Source: a virus
Taxonomy: Duplodnaviria; Caudoviricetes
DNA length: 64,000 nucleotides
Direction: 5' to 3' (one strand)
Virus record (IMG/VR): IMGVR_UViG_3300047160_031539
Span: 9,633-73,632 of that record
Under the pieces are notes generated by a model. That model made no database searches. It saw only the letters and a list, made by a program, of their open reading frames with translations, and had not been told where the DNA came from. The position numbers and the translations under genes are program-made. Below are positions 26,118 to 35,518 of the stretch, piece by piece. Within the stretch, counting starts at the first letter, position 1. The number at the start of each line of letters is the position of its first letter.

Positions 26118-27100
26118 CTGGTAATGACGATATTGACGCCTCCGTTACAACAGGAGACGCCGCTGGGCGGCACACGCAGGTTAAAATTGTCGAACTCAAA
26201 GAACGGCGGGGAGCAGGAGGCGCTGGAGCCGTCGTCTTTTTGCGTGGCAAAGACGCTACTATCATTGTTACAGCAAAAACGCAGTTTGAATTTCGACGGC
26301 GTCGGGATGCCGACCGCGTTGTCGCAGAAGAAGGCCATCGCGATCACGCCCTTGCCGGCGCACCTGCCGTCGTAACGGTCAATAAGGGCGTAAAGCCACC
26401 AAATGGGGAAGATTAGTCCCTGCCAAAAGGGATCTTTAATCATGAAGCTCAACGGGGCGGCCAGGTAGGCCAGGGGCACGACCAGGCCGCCCAGACAGCC
26501 GCAGCCCGCCCGGTTGACGAAGGTCGCGACCAAAGTCTGCGGCAGAAGTTGGGCCGGCGGGGTGGACGGGCAGCAGGCCACCTGGACCGGCGGGGGCCCC
26601 CCCGAGGAGGACGCCGACGACGAGTAAGACGAGTGCAGGGAAGGGCTGGTGCTCAGGAGGATGTTGACCAGGCCCGCACAGGGCGAATTTAACAGACCGC
26701 CGAGGTTGACACCCTTGAACAGGGCGTTGAGGGTCACGTTACTCTCGACATCGACACAGTAAAGATTCACCGAGTCGGGCGAGTAGACCTGGCCCCCGAC
26801 CGACAGTCCGAACTGGCTCGCGGTCAACCCGTCGCCGCCGCAGTAGAAGTCGAGTGGGATGCTCGCACCGGGCGTACACGTCAAGATCGGGGCGTTGGCC
26901 GTCCAGTGCTGCGTGCCGGGGGTGTTGTTGAGCGTCACAGTGGTGTCGTCCAGACAGCCGCAGCCCGAGACGTTCGTCAGGCGGGCCGTGATCTGGCTCC
27001 ACATGTACGGCTGGACCGTAAAATAGGGGGCGCAGCACGGGCACACGACCCGGTAGCGGGGCGGCCCGGAGGGCGAGGACGAGACGGCGGCAACGACCAT
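26114..27100 (-). CDS. Cys-rich virion-associated protein with two repeat domains
   Basis: CPCC...ITARLTNVSGCGCLD and CCP...LVATFVNRAGCGCLGG repeats. Confidence 0.65.
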   Translation of the reverse strand: MVVAAVSSSPSGPPRYRVVCPCCAPYFTVQPYMWSQITARLTNVSGCGCLDDTTVTLNNTPGTQHWTANAPILTCTPGASIPLDFYCGGDGLTASQFGLSVGGQVYSPDSVNLYCVDVESNVTLNALFKGVNLGGLLNSPCAGLVNILLSTSPSLHSSYSSSASSSGGPPPVQVACCPSTPPAQLLPQTLVATFVNRAGCGCLGGLVVPLAYLAAPLSFMIKDPFWQGLIFPIWWLYALIDRYDGRCAGKGVIAMAFFCDNAVGIPTPSKFKLRFCCNNDSSVFATQKDDGSSASCSPPFFEFDNFNLRVPPSGVSCCNGGVNIVITS

Positions 27101-27112
27101 AGCCCGTACCTC

Positions 27113-27604
27113 TCAGGAAGTGACGATGACGTTGCACATGCCCACGCAGCACGGCATGCCGACCGGGTCGTTCAGGTTAATGCCGTTGAAGGGCACACTC
27201 ATGACCGGGTTCTGCTGGCCGTCGGAGCAGTGGCAGACCGGGTGGGGGACCGGCTTGACGGTCTGGGTGTAGGTCTGGGTGTTGCACTGGACCGTCAGGC
27301 GGAAGTCGTCACAGAGCAGGCCCGAGCCGCCGCAGGAGAAAGTCACCGACAAGTTGCCCTGGGGGCAGGAGCCCGGCCCGACGAGCGGGCCGGAGACCCA
27401 GGCACCGGCCTCCGGAGGCCCCGGGGCCCGCGTGAGGGCCACCGTCAGGCCGTCCAGGCAGCCGCAGTCCTGGCCGGGGATCGCCACGAAGGAGGCGTAG
27501 AGCGTGCTCCAGGCGACCGGCACCTGGCTGAACTCCCCCTGACAGCAGGGGCAGAGGGTCAGGTAGCGCGACGGCCCTGGCGAAGACGAGGCGGGTGAAG
27601 CCAT
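27113..27604 (-). CDS. Cys-rich virion-associated protein with one repeat domain
   Basis: CPCC...LYASFVAIPGQDCGCLDG...GINLNDPVGMPCC; GGAGG RBS after palindrome 8. Confidence 0.65.
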   Translation of the reverse strand: MASPASSSPGPSRYLTLCPCCQGEFSQVPVAWSTLYASFVAIPGQDCGCLDGLTVALTRAPGPPEAGAWVSGPLVGPGSCPQGNLSVTFSCGGSGLLCDDFRLTVQCNTQTYTQTVKPVPHPVCHCSDGQQNPVMSVPFNGINLNDPVGMPCCVGMCNVIVTS

Positions 27605-27617
27605 GCGAGGTCCCTCC

Positions 27618-27641
27618 CAGGTGGCGCAATTGCGCCACCTG
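27618..27641. repeat. 24-bp palindrome, copy 8 (perfect)
   Basis: 6 nt after the stop at 27648, before the RBS. Confidence 0.95.
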
Positions 27642-27647
27642 ATTCTA

Positions 27648-30600
27648 TCAGGGAACGATCGTAACACCGATGTTCGCGAAGCGGCAGCAGGGCGTGCCGA
27701 TGTTGTCGTTGTTGTTGATGCCCGTAAAAGTCAGAGACAGGGGCGAGCAACTGCAAGGGCTCGGGTTGTAAGTCGTCGAGATCGACGACGTGTTGCACTG
27801 GAAGATGAGCTGGAAGCCGGTGCAGGCCGTCTGGCCGGCCGGGCAGCGGAGCTGGAGGTTCAGGGTGGGGTTGCCCGTGCAGGTCGTCGGGATGTTGGCC
27901 GACTGCCAGGAGTTCACGACGCCGTTAAAAGTCAGGGTCACCTGCACCCCGTCGATGCAGGGGCAGCTCGGGGCCGAGATCGTCGCGTGCAGGACCGCCG
28001 GCAGCAGGAACGGGGCGCAGCAGCCGGTCGAGATCGTTCCCCCAACCACCGAGGAAGACGACAGCGACGGTAAGGGCGAGGAGGGCGAGGAAGGCGAAAT
28101 CGCCGAGGAGGACGGCGACGGGGAAGAGGGCGAGGAAGAAAGCGACGGCGAGGAAGGCGAGGACAGGAGAACCGAGGACGAAGACGACGAGGGGGACGAG
28201 GGGCTGCTGGCCGGGCTGACGCAGCAGGGCAGGACGACCGAGATGCCGTTCATGGCCGCCGTGCCGGCCACGCTGGCCGTGCGGACGCCCGTAGGGCAAG
28301 GCGTCGGCTGCTGGAACGACACCTCCGTGCCCAGGTCGCCCACCGAGGTGTCCAGGCCCGAGTCCGTCATGCCCGGCGGCGGGGTAATGACGATGCCGCC
28401 GATCTCGTGGAAGCTGCAGAAGAGCAGGCTGTTGGGCCCACAGCCCAGGGACGGGGCCTGCGGGTTGGGGGCATTGGTCTGCTGGCCGGCCCCGGTGGGG
28501 GCACCGGCCTGGCCGACCGAGGTACACAGGGCCGTGATCCCGTCGGCCCCGCCCGTCGTGCTCCAGATGCCCGGCCCGGGGCTGGCCGGGGCCACCCGCC
28601 AGTAGGCGTACCCCTGGGCCGTCGTCCCCAGGGCCGTGAAGGCCCCGCCCGTGGCCAGGAATGTCCAGTTGGGGTCGGGCGTGAACGTCCCGGCCGTCTG
28701 GTCCACGGTGAGCCAGGTCAGCATGATGTCCCCGGCCTGCGTCCCGGGGGGCACGGGCACGCTGACCGACGTGCCCGCGTCGTGCGTCCAGCCCCGGATA
28801 ATGCACTGGCAGCCAGCCGACGACGGGCCCGAGGACGAGACCGAAGGCGACGGCGAGGCAGACAGGGACGCCAAGGGCGAGGGAGAAGAGGACAGGGAGA
28901 CCGACGACGGGAAGGAAGCGGAGAACGACGAGGACAGGGACAGGGCGCTCAGGGACGACGCCGAGGGCGACGAGGGGGAGGAGGACAGGGAGATGCCGAC
29001 GCAGCAGGGGACAACCGTGCTGATGCCGGCCATGAAGGCCAGGGGGCCGCTGACGGTGGCGTGGAAGGGACCGACCATGCCGACCATCGGCTGCCTGTAG
29101 GAGACCTCCACGGCCGTCCCGCCCGTGTTGACGACCGTGTCCTGGCCCGACTCCGTGAAGCCCGGCGGCTGTGTAATGACCGCCGGGTTGACGGGCAGTT
29201 CGTGGAAGCTCGCGAAGACCAGGTTGTTGGCCGCCGTGGCCACGACGGCCGGGGCCAGGGCGTTGTCCGAGCGGGTGATCTGGGCCACGCCCGTGGGGAT
29301 GCCGGCCTGGCCGATCGCTGCCATGACCATCGAGATCTCGTAGTTGTCCACCCAGTTGCTGGCCGGCTCGTTGGCCCCGGCGACCTTGTAGTACACGAAG
29401 CCGCGGATGCGGAAGTTCGTCGCCCAGGTCACGGGCGGCGATTTGACGCACAACGTCCAGGACGGGTCCGGCACGAAGGCACCGCCGCCACCACCCGGGT
29501 TAACGTCCTGCCTCGTCGTGTCGGCCGTGATGAAGGCCAGGAGCAGGTCGCCGGGCTGGTAGCCGGGGGGCGGCAGGATGGACAGGGTCTCGACACTGTA
29601 GCCCTGGACAAAGCCGCGGACGATGCAGGGGCAGTAGGACGACGACGACGACAGGGACAAGGAGCGGGCCGAGATCGAGGGGGCCGAGACGGAGGAGGCC
29701 AGGACGCAGCAGGGCAAGACGACCGAGGCCCCGGCCATCGTGCGGACGCCCGGCACCGAGGCCGTCCGGATACCCGTGGGGCCCACGGCCCCGAACTGGT
29801 AGGAGACCTCCGTGCCCAGGTCGCCCACCGCCGTGTCCAGGCCGCTGTCCGTCATGCCGGGCGGCTGGGTAATGAACGCCCCGCCGAACTCGTGGAAAGA
29901 GCAGAAGAGCAGCCCGTTGGGGGCCCCCGGCGTCGAGGGGGCCTGCGGGTTGGGCGAGGCGGTAAGCTGGATTGCCCCGGCGGGAATGCCGGCGTTGCCG
30001 ACCGCGGTCTCCAGGACCGTCATGGCGATCCCGTCCACGCCGTCGGACCAGGCCGCCGCCGGCTCATTGGCCTGTGCGACCTTCCAGTAGACGAAAGCCC
30101 TCAGAGACTTGTCGCTCCCGTAGAGCCAGTAGTCGCTCCGGAGCAGGAGGTTCCAGGACGGGTCGGGACTGAAGGAGCCGCCGTTGGGGTCACCCGCGTC
30201 GTCGTAGGACGTGTCGGCCGTGATGAAGGCCAGCAGGATATCGCCCGGCTGCGTTCCGGCCGGCGGGTTCACCAGCAGGAACGTCTGGCCGATGGCAATG
30301 GCCCCGTAGGACCAGCCGCGGATCTCGCACTGGCAGGCCCCCGAGGCGGAGGAGACCGACGCACTGGGCGAGGCCAGCGTGATCGGCAGGGCCGGCGACG
30401 ACGGGGAGGACGGGCCCACCAGGGGCGGCCCCACGGGCAAGGGCGGCCCGACCGAACTCGGCGAAAACGACGAGGACGGCGACGACGGCGAGGAAGCCGG
30501 GGAAGAAACGTGGGCCGCCGACGAGGCCGCCGAGGAGGCCACCGCCGGGGAAGACGCCACGGGAGACGTTATACCGGCCGAGACCGCCGAGGAAGGCAAG

Positions 30601-30998
30601 AAGCCGAAGGGAAACTGCAGGCCCGAGGGTGAGGACGACGAACTCGAGCTGACCGGGGCAAAACTCAGCAGGGACGACGAGGAGAGCGACGGGAAGGGCG
30701 CCGGCGCCGGACAGCAGGCCAGGCTGATGGCGTAGAGGGGCAGGCCGGCACCGCCGGGGTGGTTGCCGACCAGGCGGCCGCGGTAGGAGCCGGGCACGAC
30801 CGGGATGCCGTTGGGCTCCCAGACGTAGCAGGCCTCGCGGTCGCGGAGCTTGCCCTGCCCGTCCCACTTCTGCACGTAGGCCGCGTAGACGCCGCCGCCG
30901 GCCGACCCGGTGACCCGGACCAGCTCCCGCAGGGGCGGGTACGACGGCAGCCGGGGCCCCAGAAAGGGCGGGTTCGTGTTGGTGCTGGCCCGGACCAT
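27648..30998 (-). CDS. 1116-aa modular tail-fibre-like protein with Ser-rich linkers
   Basis: Shared N-terminal domain, three ~190-aa internal repeats (C.C.IRG...PPG.Q.GD...), poly-Ser/Pro linkers and a C-terminal Cys-rich domain. Confidence 0.7.
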   Translation of the reverse strand: MVRASTNTNPPFLGPRLPSYPPLRELVRVTGSAGGGVYAAYVQKWDGQGKLRDREACYVWEPNGIPVVPGSYRGRLVGNHPGGAGLPLYAISLACCPAPAPFPSLSSSSLLSFAPVSSSSSSSPSGLQFPFGFLPSSAVSAGITSPVASSPAVASSAASSAAHVSSPASSPSSPSSSFSPSSVGPPLPVGPPLVGPSSPSSPALPITLASPSASVSSASGACQCEIRGWSYGAIAIGQTFLLVNPPAGTQPGDILLAFITADTSYDDAGDPNGGSFSPDPSWNLLLRSDYWLYGSDKSLRAFVYWKVAQANEPAAAWSDGVDGIAMTVLETAVGNAGIPAGAIQLTASPNPQAPSTPGAPNGLLFCSFHEFGGAFITQPPGMTDSGLDTAVGDLGTEVSYQFGAVGPTGIRTASVPGVRTMAGASVVLPCCVLASSVSAPSISARSLSLSSSSSYCPCIVRGFVQGYSVETLSILPPPGYQPGDLLLAFITADTTRQDVNPGGGGGAFVPDPSWTLCVKSPPVTWATNFRIRGFVYYKVAGANEPASNWVDNYEISMVMAAIGQAGIPTGVAQITRSDNALAPAVVATAANNLVFASFHELPVNPAVITQPPGFTESGQDTVVNTGGTAVEVSYRQPMVGMVGPFHATVSGPLAFMAGISTVVPCCVGISLSSSPSSPSASSLSALSLSSSFSASFPSSVSLSSSPSPLASLSASPSPSVSSSGPSSAGCQCIIRGWTHDAGTSVSVPVPPGTQAGDIMLTWLTVDQTAGTFTPDPNWTFLATGGAFTALGTTAQGYAYWRVAPASPGPGIWSTTGGADGITALCTSVGQAGAPTGAGQQTNAPNPQAPSLGCGPNSLLFCSFHEIGGIVITPPPGMTDSGLDTSVGDLGTEVSFQQPTPCPTGVRTASVAGTAAMNGISVVLPCCVSPASSPSSPSSSSSSVLLSSPSSPSLSSSPSSPSPSSSAISPSSPSSPLPSLSSSSVVGGTISTGCCAPFLLPAVLHATISAPSCPCIDGVQVTLTFNGVVNSWQSANIPTTCTGNPTLNLQLRCPAGQTACTGFQLIFQCNTSSISTTYNPSPCSCSPLSLTFTGINNNDNIGTPCCRFANIGVTIVP

Positions 30999-31016
30999 TG
31001 CACCAGTCTACCCGCC

Positions 31017-33374
31017 TCAGCCCACGTAGCCGTTCTGGATGTCGGGCCTCGTGACCGTGCTCTGCGTGATCGAGCCGAACATGCAGATGCCGTACTGAGT
31101 CAGGGCCTGCGTGTTGGTCAGGCCGGCCACCGGGAAAGCCACCAGACCCGGCGGGTTGCCGGAGACGGGCCCCACGAAGCCCGGCGCCTGCTGCGTCCAG
31201 AACACCTGGAAATCGTCGCCCTGCACGCCGTTGTGGGCGGTCACGAAGACCTTGTTCGACTCAACCAGGTTCACGGGCCCCACCAACTGGGTGGTCTGGT
31301 AGAGCATCTCGATCGAGACAAGCGGCTTGCCGGGGAGTGGCTGGCAAGTCACGTTGTCGAGGTGGGCCTCGACGGGGTGGTGCTGGCCCGTGATCTGGTT
31401 GACCGGTGCGGCCACGACGCCGATCCCGCAGACGAACGTGCTGTCCGAGACGGTGAGCGTCAGGGGGTTTCCGGGGTGCGAGTAGTAGGGCAAGGTCACG
31501 CCCCGGGTACAGCCCTCCACGTCCCAGTTGGTGAAGGTCAGTTGCGTCTGCGGGTAGTCGGAGGTCCAGGCCCCCCAGGTGTACTGCGTGTTCGGCCCCT
31601 TCTCCAGGGTGCCGCGGTAGGTGAAGCCGTCCAGGGTCAGCCCGTAGGAGTCGTAGCCGTAGATGGTCCACTGGTAGATGTTCCAGGACGATCCATTCAG
31701 GAGGGTGCCGCCGCCCTTGCTGTTGGGGCCGATCCCGCCCGGAGCGCAACCCAAGAACCAGAAGGAAAGGTAGTTGTTGGTGGCCCCGTACCCCTCGTTA
31801 TTTTCCCACTTCAAGACCGGGGTGTCGTAGGGGGTGTAAACGACGGACTGGCCGGCCACCGTCGGGTCGGCCCCCTGGTAGGCGGGGACGGGGAGGGAGG
31901 CAGGCACCTGCTTCTGGCCGATGACGTAAGAGTACGAATAAGGCGCGTGGCCCGTGACGTTGGCCGCCGCGTTGTTCGTGACGATGTGACGTGTGCCGAA
32001 GAAGTAAAAACCCGCCCCCTCGGCCTCGTTGGAGTCGCGGTTGCCGTCGCCGATACAGCGGCACACGAAGTTGGAATCAAAGGTGTTATTGGCGTCCTGG
32101 GGGAACTTGGTGCCGATGCCCGCGGACGCGGCCCGGTAGACGAAGTTGCCCTGGACTAGCCCGTAGTGGGCGTTGTAGGTGGCGATGGCCCAGCGGTGGA
32201 AGGGGCTGGCACTGCTGGTCCTGTCCGGGTCGTCGCCCCAGACGGAGCAGCCGACGATCTCCCACTGGTAGGGCCCCTGCGGCGGGTAGGGGCCGATCAT
32301 CCCGTTGGGCCCGAACGGGACGCGGTTGTACTGGTTATTCCCGACGTGGATCAGGGAACCGTTGCTCGAGAAGGTCGTGTTGTCCTCGGCCGCACTCCCC
32401 AGCGTTCGCCCCAGCGACTTCAGGCAGGCGTAGTTGACGCGGACGGTGCCGTAGCCGGTCGGCAGGATGTGGCCGCGGGTGCCCTGGGCGTGGGCACTCT
32501 GAAAGACGACGGAACGGGACAGGTTGCCGACGTGGGGCAGGGCCGGAGGCGCGATGGCACTCCCGGCGAACAGCGTCCCGTCGAGGTTGTGGCCGCCGTA
32601 GTGGTTGTTGGCCAGCGTGCCGGTCAGGAACACGGTCATGCCGTCGGCCGAGACCGAGGCGATGGTCATCTCCTCGGTCTGGTTAACGTAGCCCCCCCAG
32701 ACGGTCGCTTCCACCTGGTTGAGCTGGTGGGTGTCGGGGATGACGACCACGTCGCCCGGCAGCCAGCCCTGGACCGGGTAGGGGAAGGCCAGCTTGGCCG
32801 AACCGCCCGCGGGCTCGGCCTCGACCCGGGCGAAGGAGGTTTTCACCTCCCCCTGGACCAGCAGGTTCCCAAAAGACACGAGGCCGGGGAAATACTGCTC
32901 GGGATCGGTGGTCAGGTCCGTCGGGGTGTCGCTGAAGGTGATCGTCGAGGGGTTGGCGTGCGTGATCGGGGCCGCGGGCGTGCCGACCTCCAGGGTCCCC
33001 GAGGGGGCGACGAGGAACTGGGCCACGGTGAGGCCGGTCGTCACCGCCGGGGAGAAGGCCAGGGTCCCGCCGACCAGGAGGCCCAGGGAGGCGGCCGAGG
33101 GCGTGTCCACGGTAACGACCATGCCGGCCGAGACCACCGTGCGGTCGGCGCCGGTCGGGACCACGCCCGTATTCCAGACGCCGGGGTCCGACCAGTTACC
33201 CGACCGGACGCTGTAGACCGTCCAGGCGGCACAGGGGTTGGGCACGCCCGGCGAGTGCGTGGGCGTGAGGCTGAAAAGCCCCGTGAAGTTGTTCTGGAAG
33301 TACGCGGGGAAGCTGGGAGGCCCGACGGCCCCCACGACCTGGCCCGTCGCGTAAGCGGTGGCGGTCTGTACCAT
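31017..33374 (-). CDS. G8-domain plus parallel beta-helix protein (tailspike/depolymerase-like)
   Basis: SVRSGNWSDPGVWNTGVVPTGADRTVV (G8), HVGNLSRSVVF..RGH, repeated V.GN/F..N strands. ATG overlaps the upstream TGA. Confidence 0.75.
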   Translation of the reverse strand: MVQTATAYATGQVVGAVGPPSFPAYFQNNFTGLFSLTPTHSPGVPNPCAAWTVYSVRSGNWSDPGVWNTGVVPTGADRTVVSAGMVVTVDTPSAASLGLLVGGTLAFSPAVTTGLTVAQFLVAPSGTLEVGTPAAPITHANPSTITFSDTPTDLTTDPEQYFPGLVSFGNLLVQGEVKTSFARVEAEPAGGSAKLAFPYPVQGWLPGDVVVIPDTHQLNQVEATVWGGYVNQTEEMTIASVSADGMTVFLTGTLANNHYGGHNLDGTLFAGSAIAPPALPHVGNLSRSVVFQSAHAQGTRGHILPTGYGTVRVNYACLKSLGRTLGSAAEDNTTFSSNGSLIHVGNNQYNRVPFGPNGMIGPYPPQGPYQWEIVGCSVWGDDPDRTSSASPFHRWAIATYNAHYGLVQGNFVYRAASAGIGTKFPQDANNTFDSNFVCRCIGDGNRDSNEAEGAGFYFFGTRHIVTNNAAANVTGHAPYSYSYVIGQKQVPASLPVPAYQGADPTVAGQSVVYTPYDTPVLKWENNEGYGATNNYLSFWFLGCAPGGIGPNSKGGGTLLNGSSWNIYQWTIYGYDSYGLTLDGFTYRGTLEKGPNTQYTWGAWTSDYPQTQLTFTNWDVEGCTRGVTLPYYSHPGNPLTLTVSDSTFVCGIGVVAAPVNQITGQHHPVEAHLDNVTCQPLPGKPLVSIEMLYQTTQLVGPVNLVESNKVFVTAHNGVQGDDFQVFWTQQAPGFVGPVSGNPPGLVAFPVAGLTNTQALTQYGICMFGSITQSTVTRPDIQNGYVG

Positions 33375-33658
33375 CAGGGGCTCGCGTCCGTGTAGGTCGC
33401 CGAGACGGTGTAGGTACTGCCGCCCGGCGGCAGGCCCGTGGCGGTCCCGGAGAGGAGTCCCGACGGCGACAGCGTGACCCCCGGCGGTAGGTTCGACGCG
33501 GCGTAGGCCGGGGGACTGTAGGGGGCAATGCCGCCCGAGGCGGACGACTGCAACTGGTAACTGAACGGTGTGCCGATCACGATCGTGGGCGGCGTCGAGA
33601 CGGTGGCGGCCAGGGCCGGGGCGACGGCACCCTGGGCCGTAGCGGTCGAGGTTTGCAC
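33374..33658 (-). CDS. Putative Ig (He_PIG-like) domain protein
   Basis: TPFSYQLQSSASGGIAPY...NLPPGVTLSPSGLLSGT; GGAGG RBS plus GTG. Confidence 0.72.
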   Translation of the reverse strand: MQTSTATAQGAVAPALAATVSTPPTIVIGTPFSYQLQSSASGGIAPYSPPAYAASNLPPGVTLSPSGLLSGTATGLPPGGSTYTVSATYTDASP

Positions 33659-33668
33659 AAGGGCCTCC

Positions 33669-33692
33669 CAGGTGGCGCAATTGCGCCACCTG
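33669..33692. repeat. 24-bp palindrome, copy 9 (perfect)
   Basis: Immediately upstream of the RBS of the 33658 gene. Confidence 0.95.
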
Positions 33693-33768
33693 ATTTCTCC
33701 GGGCAGGCGGGCCGGCCACCTTGCCCAACGCGGCCCGCCCCCCCGGCGGTTGTGGTACAACGCCGACT

Positions 33769-33933
33769 CTACCCGGCCCGGCGGCCCTCCACAAGGGCCA
33801 GGCGCGACGCGGCATTGTCGTGGATACGCGACCACAGATACCGCCCCCAGGCATTTTTGGCCACAAAGGCCCTGTGCCAGCGGGCCAGGGCGTAGGCCAG
33901 CACCCGCCTCACCCTCTGGGGGTCCGCTCGCAT
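33769..33933 (-). CDS. Hypothetical basic protein (54 aa)
   Basis: ATG 4 nt after the 33938 stop; MRADPQRVRRVLAYALARWH... Confidence 0.45.
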   Translation of the reverse strand: MRADPQRVRRVLAYALARWHRAFVAKNAWGRYLWSRIHDNAASRLALVEGRRAG

Positions 33934-33937
33934 CGCC

Positions 33938-34198
33938 TCACCTCCTGCACAGATTCTTGAGTTCGGCCAGGACGCCCCGGCGGTCCAACGCCCAGGCGCA
34001 CACGAAGGCCCCCAGGATGCCGCCGAACTGCTTCTTGATCTCGTAGAGCGTGGGGAAGCGCCCCGTCTCGGCGATCCGGGCCCGCAGGTAGGCCTCCAGC
34101 TTCTCCTCCGTGCAGCGGTTGTCCTTGGCCCTCAGGTCGAAGTCCGAGGCGTCCATGCCCCTCCACGTGCCCTTCTGCCGCCGCTTGCGCATGCTCAC
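33938..34198 (-). CDS. LexA-N-terminal-like winged-helix DNA-binding protein
   Basis: EKLEAYLRARIAETGRFPTLYEIKKQFG resembles LexA FIRDHISQTGMPPTRAEIAQRLG; there is no peptidase domain. Confidence 0.55.
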   Translation of the reverse strand: MSMRKRRQKGTWRGMDASDFDLRAKDNRCTEEKLEAYLRARIAETGRFPTLYEIKKQFGGILGAFVCAWALDRRGVLAELKNLCRR

Positions 34199-34224
34199 CC
34201 CCAGAAGGCCAGGCAGCCCCGCCT

Positions 34225-34611
34225 TCAGGACGGCTGGACCGTAAAGCCCGTCGGCCCGCCCGAGACCACCGTGAAGTTACAGTCCCCCGTGAACGGCCCG
34301 AAACTCCCGTCGTTGGCCGTCATCGTGATCGTCACGACCGCCGAACCGGCCTTGTTCCCCTGCACCGCGAACGTGGTCGCCCCCGTCACCGACGAGGTCG
34401 CCACCCCCGAGCCGTCGTCGCTCGTGGCGATGGTCGCCGTCGCCGACACGTCCAAGGTTTCCCCGGCGGCGTTGGTCGCGTAACACACGTACCCGCTGGG
34501 ATTGTTCGGGTCGTTGGTGATCGTGAAATCACCCACGTCCTTCTCGCCCTTCTTCATCAGGCGGCCCGGACGGACCCCCTGCTTGAACTTCGACCGCAAC
34601 TTGCCCGTCAT
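34225..34611 (-). CDS. Ig-like (Big_2-type) beta protein
   Basis: ATSDDGSGVATSSVTG...VQGNKAGSAVVTIT. Confidence 0.55.
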   Translation of the reverse strand: MTGKLRSKFKQGVRPGRLMKKGEKDVGDFTITNDPNNPSGYVCYATNAAGETLDVSATATIATSDDGSGVATSSVTGATTFAVQGNKAGSAVVTITMTANDGSFGPFTGDCNFTVVSGGPTGFTVQPS

Positions 34612-34638
34612 CGCTCGCTCCTCGGTTAGAGACCACTC

Positions 34639-34860
34639 TCAGGAACTCGGCGGACTCGGCTTGACCGTCATTCCCACCGGCACGTCGTCGGCGGGGTTGT
34701 TGAGCACCTCCTGGATCAACTTCACGCTCTTGTCCAGGCCCTCGAGCGCCACCACCCCACGCTCCAGGAGGGCCAGGAGCCGCCCGAACAGTTCGGGGTT
34801 CACCTGCGACATCATCTCGGCCATCTGGCACACGGCCCGGATCTGGTCTCGGCTGTCCAC
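34639..34860 (-). CDS. Hypothetical coiled-coil protein
   Basis: 73-aa ORF with a GGAGG-like RBS. Confidence 0.5.
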   Translation of the reverse strand: MDSRDQIRAVCQMAEMMSQVNPELFGRLLALLERGVVALEGLDKSVKLIQEVLNNPADDVPVGMTVKPSPPSS

Positions 34861-35029
34861 CGCGGCCTCCCGTCTGCGTGGGGCTGGGAGCTATCCTAAC
34901 ATCCTCCCCGCCCCCTTGCGCATAGTCGCCCCCTCTGACCGCCGGGACTGGCCCTCCCTCCCCCCCGACCGTCACGACCGAGGATCGGTTAGACAGTGTG
35001 GCGTCTACGCACACCCCCCTGATCGCTGC

Positions 35030-35518
35030 TTATACCCTGAGTTTCCCAAGGCTTTCCAGCCCCCAGTCGGCCACGGGGAGGCCTCCCGCGCGGACCTCGG
35101 CGAGGAACCGCTTGGCGGCGTCCAGCCCGCAGACCAAACAGACGGGGACCCCGAACCGGCGGTAGAGGGCCAGTTGCTCCCGGACCTGCCAACGGGCCTT
35201 ACGCGGCAGCACGTCTGGCCGTTTGATCTCCACAATCAGCAGCAGCCTCCTTTGCTTGCCGCTGCCCCCGAAGACCGCTAGGTCTACCCGGGCCGCCCCG
35301 GAGCCCTTACACCTCACCTCCCCTCGGGCCATGTACCCCATCTCCCGGAGGTGCCGGTAGACGTAAGCCTGGATCTCGAACTCGGTCGGCTTCGCCGCCC
35401 ACCGCAGTTCCAGCCGGACCTCCTCTCCCGCGGCCAGTCGTGCCTTCAGTTCCCTCGTCTTCCTCGCGAACGCCATCCCGCCCCTGGGGGGCTTCCTCAC
35501 ACTCTTCGGGACCTTCAC
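35030..35518 (-). CDS. PD-(D/E)xK (restriction-endonuclease-fold) nuclease
   Basis: EFEIQAYVYRHL...GEV...RVDLAVF...LIVEIKRP...Q; GAGGAGG RBS. Confidence 0.72.
   Translation of the reverse strand: MKVPKSVRKPPRGGMAFARKTRELKARLAAGEEVRLELRWAAKPTEFEIQAYVYRHLREMGYMARGEVRCKGSGAARVDLAVFGGSGKQRRLLLIVEIKRPDVLPRKARWQVREQLALYRRFGVPVCLVCGLDAAKRFLAEVRAGGLPVADWGLESLGKLRV

Noticed and set aside
27101-27115. In-frame TGA between Cys-rich genes 27113-27604 and 26114-27100
   Set aside because: Paralogous domains all end at V-I/T-V-T-S/P-stop, the next gene has its own GAGG RBS and ATG, and no hairpin follows.
31017-33866. 949-aa ORF as called by the track
   Set aside because: The first ~160 codons overlap a separate Ig-domain gene and palindrome 9. 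The true start is the ATG at 33374, coupled to the upstream TGA.
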